Positions 18,242-27,232 are shown, counted from the first letter of the stretch. The stretch: DNA of 30,298 bases from Desulfobacterales bacterium (GCA_020348305.1 CP070746.1:2507788-2538085); one strand, 5' to 3'. A program made the numbers and translations. The notes: generated by a model from the letters alone, not told the origin.

Positions 18242-19307
18242 GGGACGTTGTTGACTGAATTGACTTAGTTTCTCGCCCGTTTTATGATCTTTGATATGGC
18301 CGAGGTGGAAACGCCCAGTCGCCGAGCAACTTCGGCTAAAGCAACCCCTTGGTTCTTTACCAACCCAATCGCAATCCGAGCTCGAATCCCTGATACCTCT
18401 TTGCGCCGGCTGCCGGATCTTAATTCTTCAATTGATACTTTTCCATTTTTGCACAATTTGGCTATCAATTCATCAATTTTTTGATGATGCTCCTTCACCG
18501 GCAGTTGATATTTGATTTGGCTTTCAGCTTCTTTTATGACCCGCTTGACAAATTCACCACTGCCTAAAATCCGCTCATCACTCAACTCGCGATCTGCTGA
18601 GCGGCGCAACGCTTTCACCGCCGACCAACCACCCAAGGACCGTATTAATCCCCCACCAACAAGGTCCGGGCGACGCCCTTCATTTATTCCCTTTTGAACA
18701 TATTTGCGATAAGCTTTTTTAGCCTCGGCCTGCTTGGGCCCAAACCATTTCAATACATAGTCTCGATTCTGCCAGTCATTTTTAACGCGACCCATTAAAA
18801 CGCTGTGACCACACCAGCGGTAGCGGTCTAATTGTGCTAAAGTTTTAACTAATTTAGCCCGCAAAGGATTTAAATGGATATATCGTACCAATTCTTTAAA
18901 ATAGGCATCTTCTTCACAGATAATCGACTTATAGCGGTTTTGAAATAAATGACCCCAGCGTCGATGACGCCGATTGTAAAAAATCGCATAGCCCGTCAGC
19001 AACCGTCGCATAAATCCCGAAAGCCCATACTCAGAGCTGCGTAAAAGAATGTGCGCATGATTGCTCATCAGTGCCCAGGCATATATGGCGGTTTTGGTAC
19101 CTACGGCAAGCTTTGCCAAGCGCCTTACAAAATCTTTTCGATCCGTCACATCATTGACAATTTTGCCTCTTTCTATTCCTCGTACCATCACATGATGCAA
19201 TGTTCCAGGGGCATCCAATCTGGCTCGCCGCGGCATCTTCCCCCTCCTCCTTTAAAATTCTAACCATTTGCATAACATAAATTAGTCAACTCAGTCAACA
19301 ACGTCCC
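18242..19307 (-). mobile_element. Compact IS-like/REPtron-like element: Y1 transposase gene bracketed by about 26-bp imperfect inverted repeats
   Basis: Left repeat 18242-18268 is GGGACGTTGTTGACTGAATTGACTTAG. The reverse complement of 19282-19307 is GGGACGTTGTTGACTGAGTTGACTAA (24/26 identical). Each repeat contains a tandem TTGACT-N3-TTGACT. The left repeat overlaps the transposase stop codon. Confidence 0.55.
18265..19236 (-). CDS. Y1 HUH transposase (IS200-like/RAYT-like) with C-terminal HTH (DnaA-C-like) domain
   Basis: 323-aa ORF with a HUH motif (ALMSNHAHILL) and a catalytic Tyr context (GHLFQNRYKS), typical of the IS200/IS605 TnpA and REP-associated tyrosine transposase superfamily. 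The C-terminal ...LVKNQGVALAEVARRLGVSTSAISKIIKRA is an HTH. Confidence 0.75.
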   Translation of the reverse strand: MPRRARLDAPGTLHHVMVRGIERGKIVNDVTDRKDFVRRLAKLAVGTKTAIYAWALMSNHAHILLRSSEYGLSGFMRRLLTGYAIFYNRRHRRWGHLFQNRYKSIICEEDAYFKELVRYIHLNPLRAKLVKTLAQLDRYRWCGHSVLMGRVKNDWQNRDYVLKWFGPKQAEAKKAYRKYVQKGINEGRRPDLVGGGLIRSLGGWSAVKALRRSADRELSDERILGSGEFVKRVIKEAESQIKYQLPVKEHHQKIDELIAKLCKNGKVSIEELRSGSRRKEVSGIRARIAIGLVKNQGVALAEVARRLGVSTSAISKIIKRARN

Positions 19308-19351
19308 TAAACAATTCCCTACACAGCTACACAGCCCTAAGACAGATTCCC

Positions 19352-19450
19352 TATTTCATCGAATACATGTATAATCACAAGCTACTTCACTCCGCTATTG
19401 GTTATCGTCCTCAATGTGAATTTGAGATGATGCTGGAATCAACTCCAAAT
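19352..19450 (+). pseudogene. Remnant of the 3' end of a DDE (IS3/rve-type) transposase gene
   Basis: Frame-2 translation ...YFIEYMYNHKLLHSAIGYRPQCEFEMMLESTPNPCQNTLIT* carries the conserved C-terminal tail of integrase-core transposases (YN..R.HSalGY.sP.eFE). The upstream reading frame degenerates immediately at the IS-like element boundary. Confidence 0.4.
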
Positions 19451-19546
19451 CCCTGTCAAAACACTCTGATCACATAGCTGTGATCTTTGCAGTTTTATGG
19501 GGTCATTCCAACCTGCCCTTTAATGTGCGACCCTTATTTTTCGTTC

Positions 19547-20155
19547 TTATTTCCATGACTCGTCTTTATACAGCCCATTTCTGCTTATTTCTAGCGCTGA
19601 TTTTGCTAAATCCATATCTTTCTTAAGTTCAGAGTTCGGATTTAAATTAAATGCCTTTCTGTAAGCTTCGTAAGATTTAGCATAGTCCCCAATTTTGTAA
19701 TAGCAGTATGCCACATTTTCCAATATTAAAGAATCATCTCTTTCTAAATTTAAACTTTTTTCAAAATACGATATAGCCTCACGGTATTCATTTCTTATTA
19801 CGTTAATACGTCCCAAATAGTCTATCGCAGCTTTGTTATTAGGATTAGTTTCGAGAACCTTTCTAAAATATTCTTGCGATTCAATATACCGTTGTGCGTT
19901 GAATGAGGCCTTGGCAAGACCATACATAATCTTTATGTTATTGAAACCATATTGCATTAACTTTTTGTATTCATCTATTGCCTCTCTATTTTTACCTTCA
20001 GATCTGTATAACTCGCCCAACAAAAAACGAGCGTGATAATCCTCAGGTTTATGATTTATCCTCTTTATACAGAACTCTTTAACAGAATGTATTGAAAAAT
20101 TAAATCTAGGGACGAGATATATCAACAACCGGATATAAAAAATATATTTTTTCAT
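19547..20155 (-). CDS. Secreted or membrane-anchored TPR-repeat protein; candidate immunity protein for the upstream RHS toxin
   Basis: 202-aa ORF, very AT-rich. The N-terminus is hydrophobic (MKKYIFYIRLLIYLVP), followed by at least four TPR-like repeats (...AIDEYKKLMQYGFNN..., ...YFRKVLETNPNNKAAIDYLG..., ...AISYFEKSLNLERDD..., ...YEAYRKAFNLNPNS...). It starts 14 bp after the RHS gene stop on the same strand. Confidence 0.7.
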   Translation of the reverse strand: MKKYIFYIRLLIYLVPRFNFSIHSVKEFCIKRINHKPEDYHARFLLGELYRSEGKNREAIDEYKKLMQYGFNNIKIMYGLAKASFNAQRYIESQEYFRKVLETNPNNKAAIDYLGRINVIRNEYREAISYFEKSLNLERDDSLILENVAYCYYKIGDYAKSYEAYRKAFNLNPNSELKKDMDLAKSALEISRNGLYKDESWK

Positions 20156-20169
20156 ATTCAGTAAAACCT

Positions 20170-23100
20170 CTAGGGATTATGAAAAGCTGAAAATATCTTC
20201 GCTGCAAACTTCTTAGCTTGCCACTTAAACTTTTTCCATTTCGACCACTTGTCATAATCATTTGGCTCTTTCATAAAATCTGGATCATTAGGATCATTTG
20301 AGGGATAACTCCAACCAGGCATTCCTGGTGCATCCCATAAGGGACCATATTCATCTCCCATTCCTCTAGATTCATATGCTGGGCAGGCACTACTGTCCTC
20401 ACCACGAGCCATCAAGATATCGAATAGAATATCTTCAGCCTCATCCTCACTGGGGATATAAGGAATATCAGGTAAATTTACGTCAGGAAGATCAGCACCA
20501 GTTGCGTACCCTAAAGCTCCTATAAGTAGCGGTGCACCATATAAAAATGCTCGAAGAGCAGCCTGTCCTCCAAAAAGCCCTCTTGGATCAACCGCATTAA
20601 TTGGATCATTTAAACAATACCCATAAAGATCCGTATCACCTCCAGCAAAAAAAATAGGATCTTTGGCGGTCCATCGCCCTGTGTCGGGATCATAGTCGCG
20701 GAAACCAAACCTAACTAGGCCTGTATCCCGGTCGTCAAGCCCTCCTGCAAATCCAAAAGGCACCTCAATTGTCGGATTGGTATCATTTATTATATTGCCA
20801 AATGAATCATACTCAATTAATTCTACCACATTGCCGGAAGCATCTGCAACAACCCGCAACGAGCCCACCTGGTCATAAGTAAGAAAATAGGTTGTCCCAC
20901 CGCTTTTCATAGCCACCGGCATGCGATCATCAGCATACTCGAAGCGCATCAGTAGATTATTAGAACCATCATAGACGGCCAGCAGACGCGTTAGACCCTC
21001 CCACAGGTATTTCTCGACAACAACTCCATCTACCTTCTTGGCGATTCGTCTTCCCAGTGGATCATGGAGATATTCGATAACGCGACCATCGGACAAATCA
21101 ACGCTTAGTAGCTCTCCACGAGAAGAATATTTATAGTTGGTCACGTCATCTCCATCTTTCTTAGTAGTTAAAAAGCCGTCTAGATTATAAGAATAGCTCA
21201 TAGATCCAGCCGATAAGAGATGATCCCCAGCCGAATAACTAAAGCTCCTTACAGAAAATCCTCTCAGCGTGTTTGTTTCAGAGATTCGTGTTCCACTGAG
21301 ATCATAGCCATACGCTTCAACTAAATTACCGTCTTTGGTTACAGTCAAGAGTCTTCCCATGGAGTCATATGTATAAGCATAATTTGTGGTAACACTACCA
21401 ACCGTCTCGGTTTTGTTTATGATTCTTCCGTTATCATCGCGGGTTAATATCCACGTGGTTACATTTTGGCTACCAACCGTAAAGTTCTGCCCTTCCACCT
21501 CACCGTAACCATTGAATGCGCGAGAAAGACTCAACGCACCGCCGGTAACCGCTTCAGGCAATCCATTCTGAGTATTACGAGAAATTGAATAGGAACCTGC
21601 AGCGGTTAATAGCCCGTCATTATCATAATCATAACTAACGGTGCCTCCCGCATAGGTAAAACTGGAAACATCAAAGTCGTTATTGTAGGTGTAATTTAAT
21701 GATTGATTCAACGTGCCGCTCAACATCTCCAGTGTGACCAGCTTTCCATCATAGCCGTAAGTAATTGATTCGGTGTCTTTTGTGATTGATTCAACTTTTG
21801 TTCCACACAGATAGGTAAAATCAATGTTGCCTTCCGGTGTCTGAATTTGAGAAAGTCTAGTCTTGTCCCAGATGTTGAATATCTGTTTGCCGGAAGGGAA
21901 GTTTGTCTGGATCAAACGCCTGTCCTTATCATACACATAACTGTAACTCCCGCTCAATGGCGTCGTATAAGCGCGATATAGATTGACGCTGTTAAATCCA
22001 AAACCGTGGTTGATATCCACCGGATTAGTCAACACCGTCATATTGCCGTTTTTGTCATAAGTAAATCCCACATAGCCATCGTCCGGGCGGCTTATCCCGG
22101 TTATCCGCCCAACCGGATCATAGCTGTAAGTTGTGGTGTAATTCTCTGGATTGGTGATGGATTCAGGAAATCCCTGTGCATTATAAGCAAATGTGGTTTG
22201 CCTGGCATTGGTGCTGATGGAGGTCAACCTTCCCCTTGAATCGTAGCCATATGCTGTGGAATGAAGGCCAGGCACGCTAACACTTTCGACTAGCAAAGTA
22301 GCAGGATCGTAAAGCGATGTTATTGACCTACCCTCAGGTGAAGTGACTAATTTCCGCGCCTGAAGGGTATTATGTTCAAGTGTCGTGGTTTTGCCATTGA
22401 TCGTTACCGTCTCTGTGATCATGTCCGGTGCTTCATCAGCGTCCGTATCTTGATAAGCCTTATCCCTCAGCGTCACCCATTCTAGTCCTGAAGGGGCACT
22501 TTCTCTCATTTCTTTGACGTATTTATACTTATACTCATAATCCACATCGTATTTGAATTCAAGCTCCATTCCACAGGGCAAGGACTTATTTACGGTTAAT
22601 CCATCTGCTGATTGAGTAAATAATGTTTGAGCTCCCGTGGGATCTGTTATGGTTGAGCTGTAGGCACCGGTGGAATCTGTGCGGTCCAGATAGGAATTAA
22701 GGTTGCCCTCCGCTGTTAGAACCTGGATTAATATATCTCCATTCTCATTTACAATTCTGTTGTAATTCCAATGACCTCCTTCCTCGTCATATACGTCAAT
22801 CAATCCACTGTATTCGAAGCGGTTGCCTTCGGGTTCCACCTTTGCAGTTATCAGACCACCCTCGGCATACTCAAAAGTGTAGTAACTGTCATCGGGATAC
22901 GTGATCCAGGTAAGGTGATTGTTTGCATCAATTGTCAAACTGGTATAAATTCCATCCGGAGAAATGATTGAGGTCGGCGAACCGCTACTATCCCTGGAAA
23001 TGATGGTTTGGTTGCCGAATCGGTCGGTAATCGAAGCCAATCTTCCATCCGAGTCATATCCAAAATCATAAAGGGTTACCCCGGTATCAAGGTCAATGGT

Positions 23101-26100
23101 TGTCTTGTGACGTCCGGAACTTGACGCGATGTAGCCCAGGCCGTTCTCCTCAGCAAATGTTAGATCCCCCTCGCTCGTTATGTTGGCGAAAGCTGAAGGA
23201 GGGGCAACCTTCCGGATACGTCCATTATTATCAGCTATGTAAATGTTGTTTAGGGCATCCACTGCTACGTCCATAATCGTATTGAATAAGGCTTCGGTGG
23301 CGGGTCCACCGTCGCCGCCGTAAGTAAATTCTGAGTCGGATTTGCCGGCCACCGTGCTGATTATTCCTTTCGTATTAACTTTCCTCACTACACGATTCTT
23401 AAAACCTGCTATATATAGATCTCCTGCCGAATCAACGGCTAAACCACGAGGGTTATAAATACTCGCTTCAGTGGCAGGTCCGCCATCTCCACTGTAGCCC
23501 GGAGTGCCGTTTCCAGCTACGGTCGTGATGATACCACTCTTATCCACTTTACGAACGCGGTGGTTGTTGACGTCGGCAATATATAGATTGCCCTCCAAGT
23601 CGACAGCCATGCCTAATGGATATTTAAATTGGGCGTCAGTGGCAAACCCGCCATCTCCGCTATAACCATTATTTCCATTGCCAGCCACAGTGGTTATGAT
23701 GCCGCCTGTGTCCACTTTCCGAATGCACTGATTCCCTGAATCGGAAATATACAGATTTCCCGACGCATCCACAGCAACGTCATACGGATGGTTAAGTGAT
23801 GCTTCGGTAGCAGATCCTCCATCTCCACTATAGGCCGGAGTGGCAGTTCCAGCCACGGTGGTGATAATGCCACTCTTATCCACCTTACGAACGCGGTTGT
23901 TATAGTAATCCGCTATGTAAATATTACCAGAGGCGTCTGCGGTAACCCCGGTTGGATAGTATAGTGACGCTTCATTTGCAGGACCACCATCTCCACTATA
24001 GCCCGGAGTGCTGGTTCCAGCTACGGTAGTGATGATGCCGCCACTATCCACCTTGCGAATACAGTGATTACCGAAATCTGCTATATAAAGGTTGCCTTCA
24101 GCATCCAAATAAACACTGTAGGGTTGTGTAATCTGAGCTTCAGTAGCAGATCCGCCATCACCGCTATAGCCATTCGTTCCGTTTCCGGCCATGGTGTCAA
24201 CGATGGCAGTGTTATTTCTTGTTTGCGTCCCGTCTCCCTTGTGCAAGGTAGATAAGTCCATGAGGTTCACTTGATGATGGGCGGACAATGTCCAGCCCTC
24301 GGCGATAACACCACCTCCTTGAGCGGAAATAGGAGGTATTGTTATATCAACATCGTTTCGCTTCCATGAAGTTATCTCCATCCTCGCTATAACTGCGGTT
24401 TCATCTCTACCTGCCTGGGCAAATGCTCTGATCAATTCCCGAGGCTCTAAATAGACTATATCGTACACGAAGCCTATTTCCACATGTGCTGTTGTAGAAC
24501 CAATAACACGCCTTCCTAAATGGTCCTTTCCATCCCATCCAAATTCAGCCGACTGGTTTGGAAGGGGGTCTATTATTTGTTCGTAAACACGGCCTGCCAC
24601 CTCGACTCTTGCGATGATCCGTTTCAGACTTTCGGGAACTGTTTCTCCGCTTGCAGGAACCGTGATTCTATAAAGGTAGCCTGGCACTCTGTTAATTGCA
24701 TAATGAAGGGTAAGATCTGTGCCGGGAATGGGGATGTCCTCGTGGAAAACTCTGCTGCGTGCTTCTACAAAAGAGCCAAGTCGTTTTTGGCAATCATCTT
24801 CTTCATTTTTTTGCTCATCAATTGCAACTTCGCCATTTGGATTAGGAGGAATAGAATCTGTTGGCGGGCCAAAAGGCCAGTTGATATCCCAAGGTGTGAA
24901 ATGGGTGATGGCCACTCGCCAGAAGGAAAAACCGGGTGCGTATCTTCCGGGATCATAAAGTCCGGTCACCTCATCGTTAAAAAAACCATTGCCATTGAGA
25001 TCATCCGGCTGATCATCGCCATCTGCGTCCAGAGCGTCTACGCTACCGTCAGCGTCCGTGTCGAGAAGTTTTACCACAACACCATTGTCAGCAGGCACCC
25101 AAACACCTCTATCTCGATCGTAATAACCAACAGGAGCCGCCATGCCCACATCAAAACCCAAGAAATTATCTACCCAGATAATAACAGGCTTTTCAAACCT
25201 TATTCGTTGTGCCCCATCTACGCTGAGTTCCACGCAATAGGTGTATGCGGAGTTAGGCGGCAACTTGGCCGGCATGGACTGCTCGGTGGCGAATTCGGTG
25301 GCACGGGCCGTAATAGTAGTAAGTTCTTGGATGTCATTTCCATTTTCATCCACTAAATAGGCCCGGTTGTCCCCTGTAAATACTATAGAGGCCGAGCGAC
25401 TGCCGAACTCATCAGTCACTGGGGTGCTCTGGTGAGTGACCACCGTGTCCGGATTGCCGTCAAATGTCAGTATGGTGGCAGCCGGATCTTCGGCGATCAT
25501 CTGAATTGTCTCTGGAATCGCAATGTCGTTCCAGGTGACGTAGACCTTCCGCTGGCCCGGGACCAAGCCATCTTTTTGATACACAACGGTCATCGTTGCC
25601 CCACCTTCAACCGGAATGGAAAACCGACCTTCTGCATCGGTGGTGACTGTGCCGTATTCCGGATGACTATGTATGGTTATGGCAACATCTGCTATGGGAG
25701 TTTCTGCTAAATCCTGAACCAAACCGGTGATAACCGAAAACCGTTTTGGATCATATTCTTCAACTGTTGCATCCGGCGGTACAAGATCTTCATACTGTTG
25801 CCCGAAAGATCCCTCAGGTTGGAGCTCGGGATTGCCGGCCACATGAACCGTAACCCTGTCACCGATTGTGCCATAAGGACCACTTGCAGTGATGCTATAG
25901 ACAGTGGTTTGAGTGGGCGATACAGCATACGTACCATTTGCTTGTACGATACCGATGCCGGGCTCGATGAAGCAAAAATCAGCATTGGTGGAATTCCAGG
26001 CAAGGTTAGCTGTCTCTCCAACTGAGATAGTCTTAGGATTCGCAGCGATGCTGACGGTTATGGGCGCCTCGCCGAAACCGCTATTTTCGTCCACCTCGAC

Positions 26101-26949
26101 ACTCGATCCGATCTGGACGTTTTTCCCGATAAACGCGCCCTCGGCAACGCTCCCCTGCTTGATCAAAATGGTGCCGTTGGGTGCATAGATGTTTGCCTTT
26201 AGACTGTTGTTGCAGCCAATTGTTGCCGCTTTAGGGGTGGCTCCCAAGTTGCCCCTGGTGCCGTTGATGCCGTTGACATAGATGCGGATGTCCTTGGCAC
26301 TGATACCTGATTTATCAGCCGGACCGATGACCGCGTTTAGTCCCGGCTCCAGCCGGTTGTTAATAATCAGGTCGGTGGGTGCTTGAAAAAACACCTTTGC
26401 ATTGCGATAGCCCAGATCAAGGTTTTCAAAATGATAGGTACCGCCGGTCAAAATGAGCGTGGCATTTGCTCTCACCAGAATCTCACCGTAAGCACCAGGC
26501 TCCAGCACAAGGGTTTCACCCCGGGGGAGGTCATGATTTTCAGTCCCGGGAGCCGGTGCAGGGAAATCCGGCAAGGATATATCCAGGGGCATTTGTAAGG
26601 GGGTATATTCGTTGCCCCTGATAGTGCCGAGGTTCATCAGCTCATTGTAATGGACATCGTCTACTGAAGCATTTATTTTGATTTTGACAGTGTCTGCATA
26701 GATCGACGTACCATCCGGCATGTATACCTTTTTGCCGATGATTACCTCTGACTGGGGGCCAGGCCATAGACCAAGGCTTGCATTTTTGACACCGATCTTG
26801 CCACTTTTAACCGTAGCACCTTGACGAATCCAGATACTATCTGTGGCAAATACTGAAAATGAAGAGAGGTCGTTGATCGCATGGGAGAATTCTGGAAAGG
26901 AAGGAAAAATTACAAGCACAGCAAGCAGGCAGAAAATCTTTCTTAGCAT
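20170..26949 (-). CDS. Teneurin-like YD-repeat/RHS polymorphic toxin (about 2259 aa from the probable start; the long track ORF begins 30 codons further upstream at 27039)
   Basis: The probable start is the ATG at 26949, preceded by GGAGG 5 nt upstream, giving a signal peptide MLRKIFCLLAVLVIFPSFPEFSHA. Domains in order: a CarbopepD_reg/TTR-like domain (LVQDLAETPIADVAITIHSHPEYGTVTTDAEGRFSIPVEGG); an Asp-rich Ca-binding-like stretch (DTDADGSVDALDADGDDQPDDLNGNG); at least 6 NHL repeats (GYSGDGGxATEA...GNLYIAD..N.RVRKVD...GIITTVAG); many YD/RHS repeats; an RHS core ending in ...NAVDPRGLFGG (DPxGL autoproteolysis motif); then a 131-aa C-terminal domain with no recognisable motif. Confidence 0.9.
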   Translation of the reverse strand: MLRKIFCLLAVLVIFPSFPEFSHAINDLSSFSVFATDSIWIRQGATVKSGKIGVKNASLGLWPGPQSEVIIGKKVYMPDGTSIYADTVKIKINASVDDVHYNELMNLGTIRGNEYTPLQMPLDISLPDFPAPAPGTENHDLPRGETLVLEPGAYGEILVRANATLILTGGTYHFENLDLGYRNAKVFFQAPTDLIINNRLEPGLNAVIGPADKSGISAKDIRIYVNGINGTRGNLGATPKAATIGCNNSLKANIYAPNGTILIKQGSVAEGAFIGKNVQIGSSVEVDENSGFGEAPITVSIAANPKTISVGETANLAWNSTNADFCFIEPGIGIVQANGTYAVSPTQTTVYSITASGPYGTIGDRVTVHVAGNPELQPEGSFGQQYEDLVPPDATVEEYDPKRFSVITGLVQDLAETPIADVAITIHSHPEYGTVTTDAEGRFSIPVEGGATMTVVYQKDGLVPGQRKVYVTWNDIAIPETIQMIAEDPAATILTFDGNPDTVVTHQSTPVTDEFGSRSASIVFTGDNRAYLVDENGNDIQELTTITARATEFATEQSMPAKLPPNSAYTYCVELSVDGAQRIRFEKPVIIWVDNFLGFDVGMAAPVGYYDRDRGVWVPADNGVVVKLLDTDADGSVDALDADGDDQPDDLNGNGFFNDEVTGLYDPGRYAPGFSFWRVAITHFTPWDINWPFGPPTDSIPPNPNGEVAIDEQKNEEDDCQKRLGSFVEARSRVFHEDIPIPGTDLTLHYAINRVPGYLYRITVPASGETVPESLKRIIARVEVAGRVYEQIIDPLPNQSAEFGWDGKDHLGRRVIGSTTAHVEIGFVYDIVYLEPRELIRAFAQAGRDETAVIARMEITSWKRNDVDITIPPISAQGGGVIAEGWTLSAHHQVNLMDLSTLHKGDGTQTRNNTAIVDTMAGNGTNGYSGDGGSATEAQITQPYSVYLDAEGNLYIADFGNHCIRKVDSGGIITTVAGTSTPGYSGDGGPANEASLYYPTGVTADASGNIYIADYYNNRVRKVDKSGIITTVAGTATPAYSGDGGSATEASLNHPYDVAVDASGNLYISDSGNQCIRKVDTGGIITTVAGNGNNGYSGDGGFATDAQFKYPLGMAVDLEGNLYIADVNNHRVRKVDKSGIITTVAGNGTPGYSGDGGPATEASIYNPRGLAVDSAGDLYIAGFKNRVVRKVNTKGIISTVAGKSDSEFTYGGDGGPATEALFNTIMDVAVDALNNIYIADNNGRIRKVAPPSAFANITSEGDLTFAEENGLGYIASSSGRHKTTIDLDTGVTLYDFGYDSDGRLASITDRFGNQTIISRDSSGSPTSIISPDGIYTSLTIDANNHLTWITYPDDSYYTFEYAEGGLITAKVEPEGNRFEYSGLIDVYDEEGGHWNYNRIVNENGDILIQVLTAEGNLNSYLDRTDSTGAYSSTITDPTGAQTLFTQSADGLTVNKSLPCGMELEFKYDVDYEYKYKYVKEMRESAPSGLEWVTLRDKAYQDTDADEAPDMITETVTINGKTTTLEHNTLQARKLVTSPEGRSITSLYDPATLLVESVSVPGLHSTAYGYDSRGRLTSISTNARQTTFAYNAQGFPESITNPENYTTTYSYDPVGRITGISRPDDGYVGFTYDKNGNMTVLTNPVDINHGFGFNSVNLYRAYTTPLSGSYSYVYDKDRRLIQTNFPSGKQIFNIWDKTRLSQIQTPEGNIDFTYLCGTKVESITKDTESITYGYDGKLVTLEMLSGTLNQSLNYTYNNDFDVSSFTYAGGTVSYDYDNDGLLTAAGSYSISRNTQNGLPEAVTGGALSLSRAFNGYGEVEGQNFTVGSQNVTTWILTRDDNGRIINKTETVGSVTTNYAYTYDSMGRLLTVTKDGNLVEAYGYDLSGTRISETNTLRGFSVRSFSYSAGDHLLSAGSMSYSYNLDGFLTTKKDGDDVTNYKYSSRGELLSVDLSDGRVIEYLHDPLGRRIAKKVDGVVVEKYLWEGLTRLLAVYDGSNNLLMRFEYADDRMPVAMKSGGTTYFLTYDQVGSLRVVADASGNVVELIEYDSFGNIINDTNPTIEVPFGFAGGLDDRDTGLVRFGFRDYDPDTGRWTAKDPIFFAGGDTDLYGYCLNDPINAVDPRGLFGGQAALRAFLYGAPLLIGALGYATGADLPDVNLPDIPYIPSEDEAEDILFDILMARGEDSSACPAYESRGMGDEYGPLWDAPGMPGWSYPSNDPNDPDFMKEPNDYDKWSKWKKFKWQAKKFAAKIFSAFHNP

Positions 26950-27232
26950 GATGAACCTCCAGCAACTTTTAATTAACTTTGAACTAATGCGGTATATGAT
27001 GTCAAACAGCCTAAAGAAGAAACAGGGATAAGTTGACATAATGCCAATTGATTTGGGTAGGTTTGGACTGAAAAAATAAAGATCTTTTGGAGTAATTTAA
27101 GAAAGACCTGTCATGACTGTTTGCGATCACAACACCCCCTCCGCGAGACCTTGAAGGGTATTGACAGCATGAACTCCGTAGTTAGCTTTGTTTTAGTTAA
27201 TGGAGCGTTGGATGAACCCTTCCAGCGTCCAT

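Noticed and set aside
24520-25356. 278-aa plus-strand ORF (with neighbours 24719-24958, 25432-25710, 25913-26188) antisense inside the RHS gene
   Set aside because: It lies entirely within a well-supported 6.8-kb coding region on the opposite strand. The translation is low-complexity with no recognisable motifs and no RBS. It is a typical spurious antisense ORF of a long gene.
20170-27039. Using the track start (27039, MSTYPCFFF...) for the RHS gene
   Set aside because: The internal ATG at 26949 is preceded by a GGAGG Shine-Dalgarno and is followed immediately by a canonical signal peptide. The 30 upstream codons lack an RBS and would bury the signal peptide.
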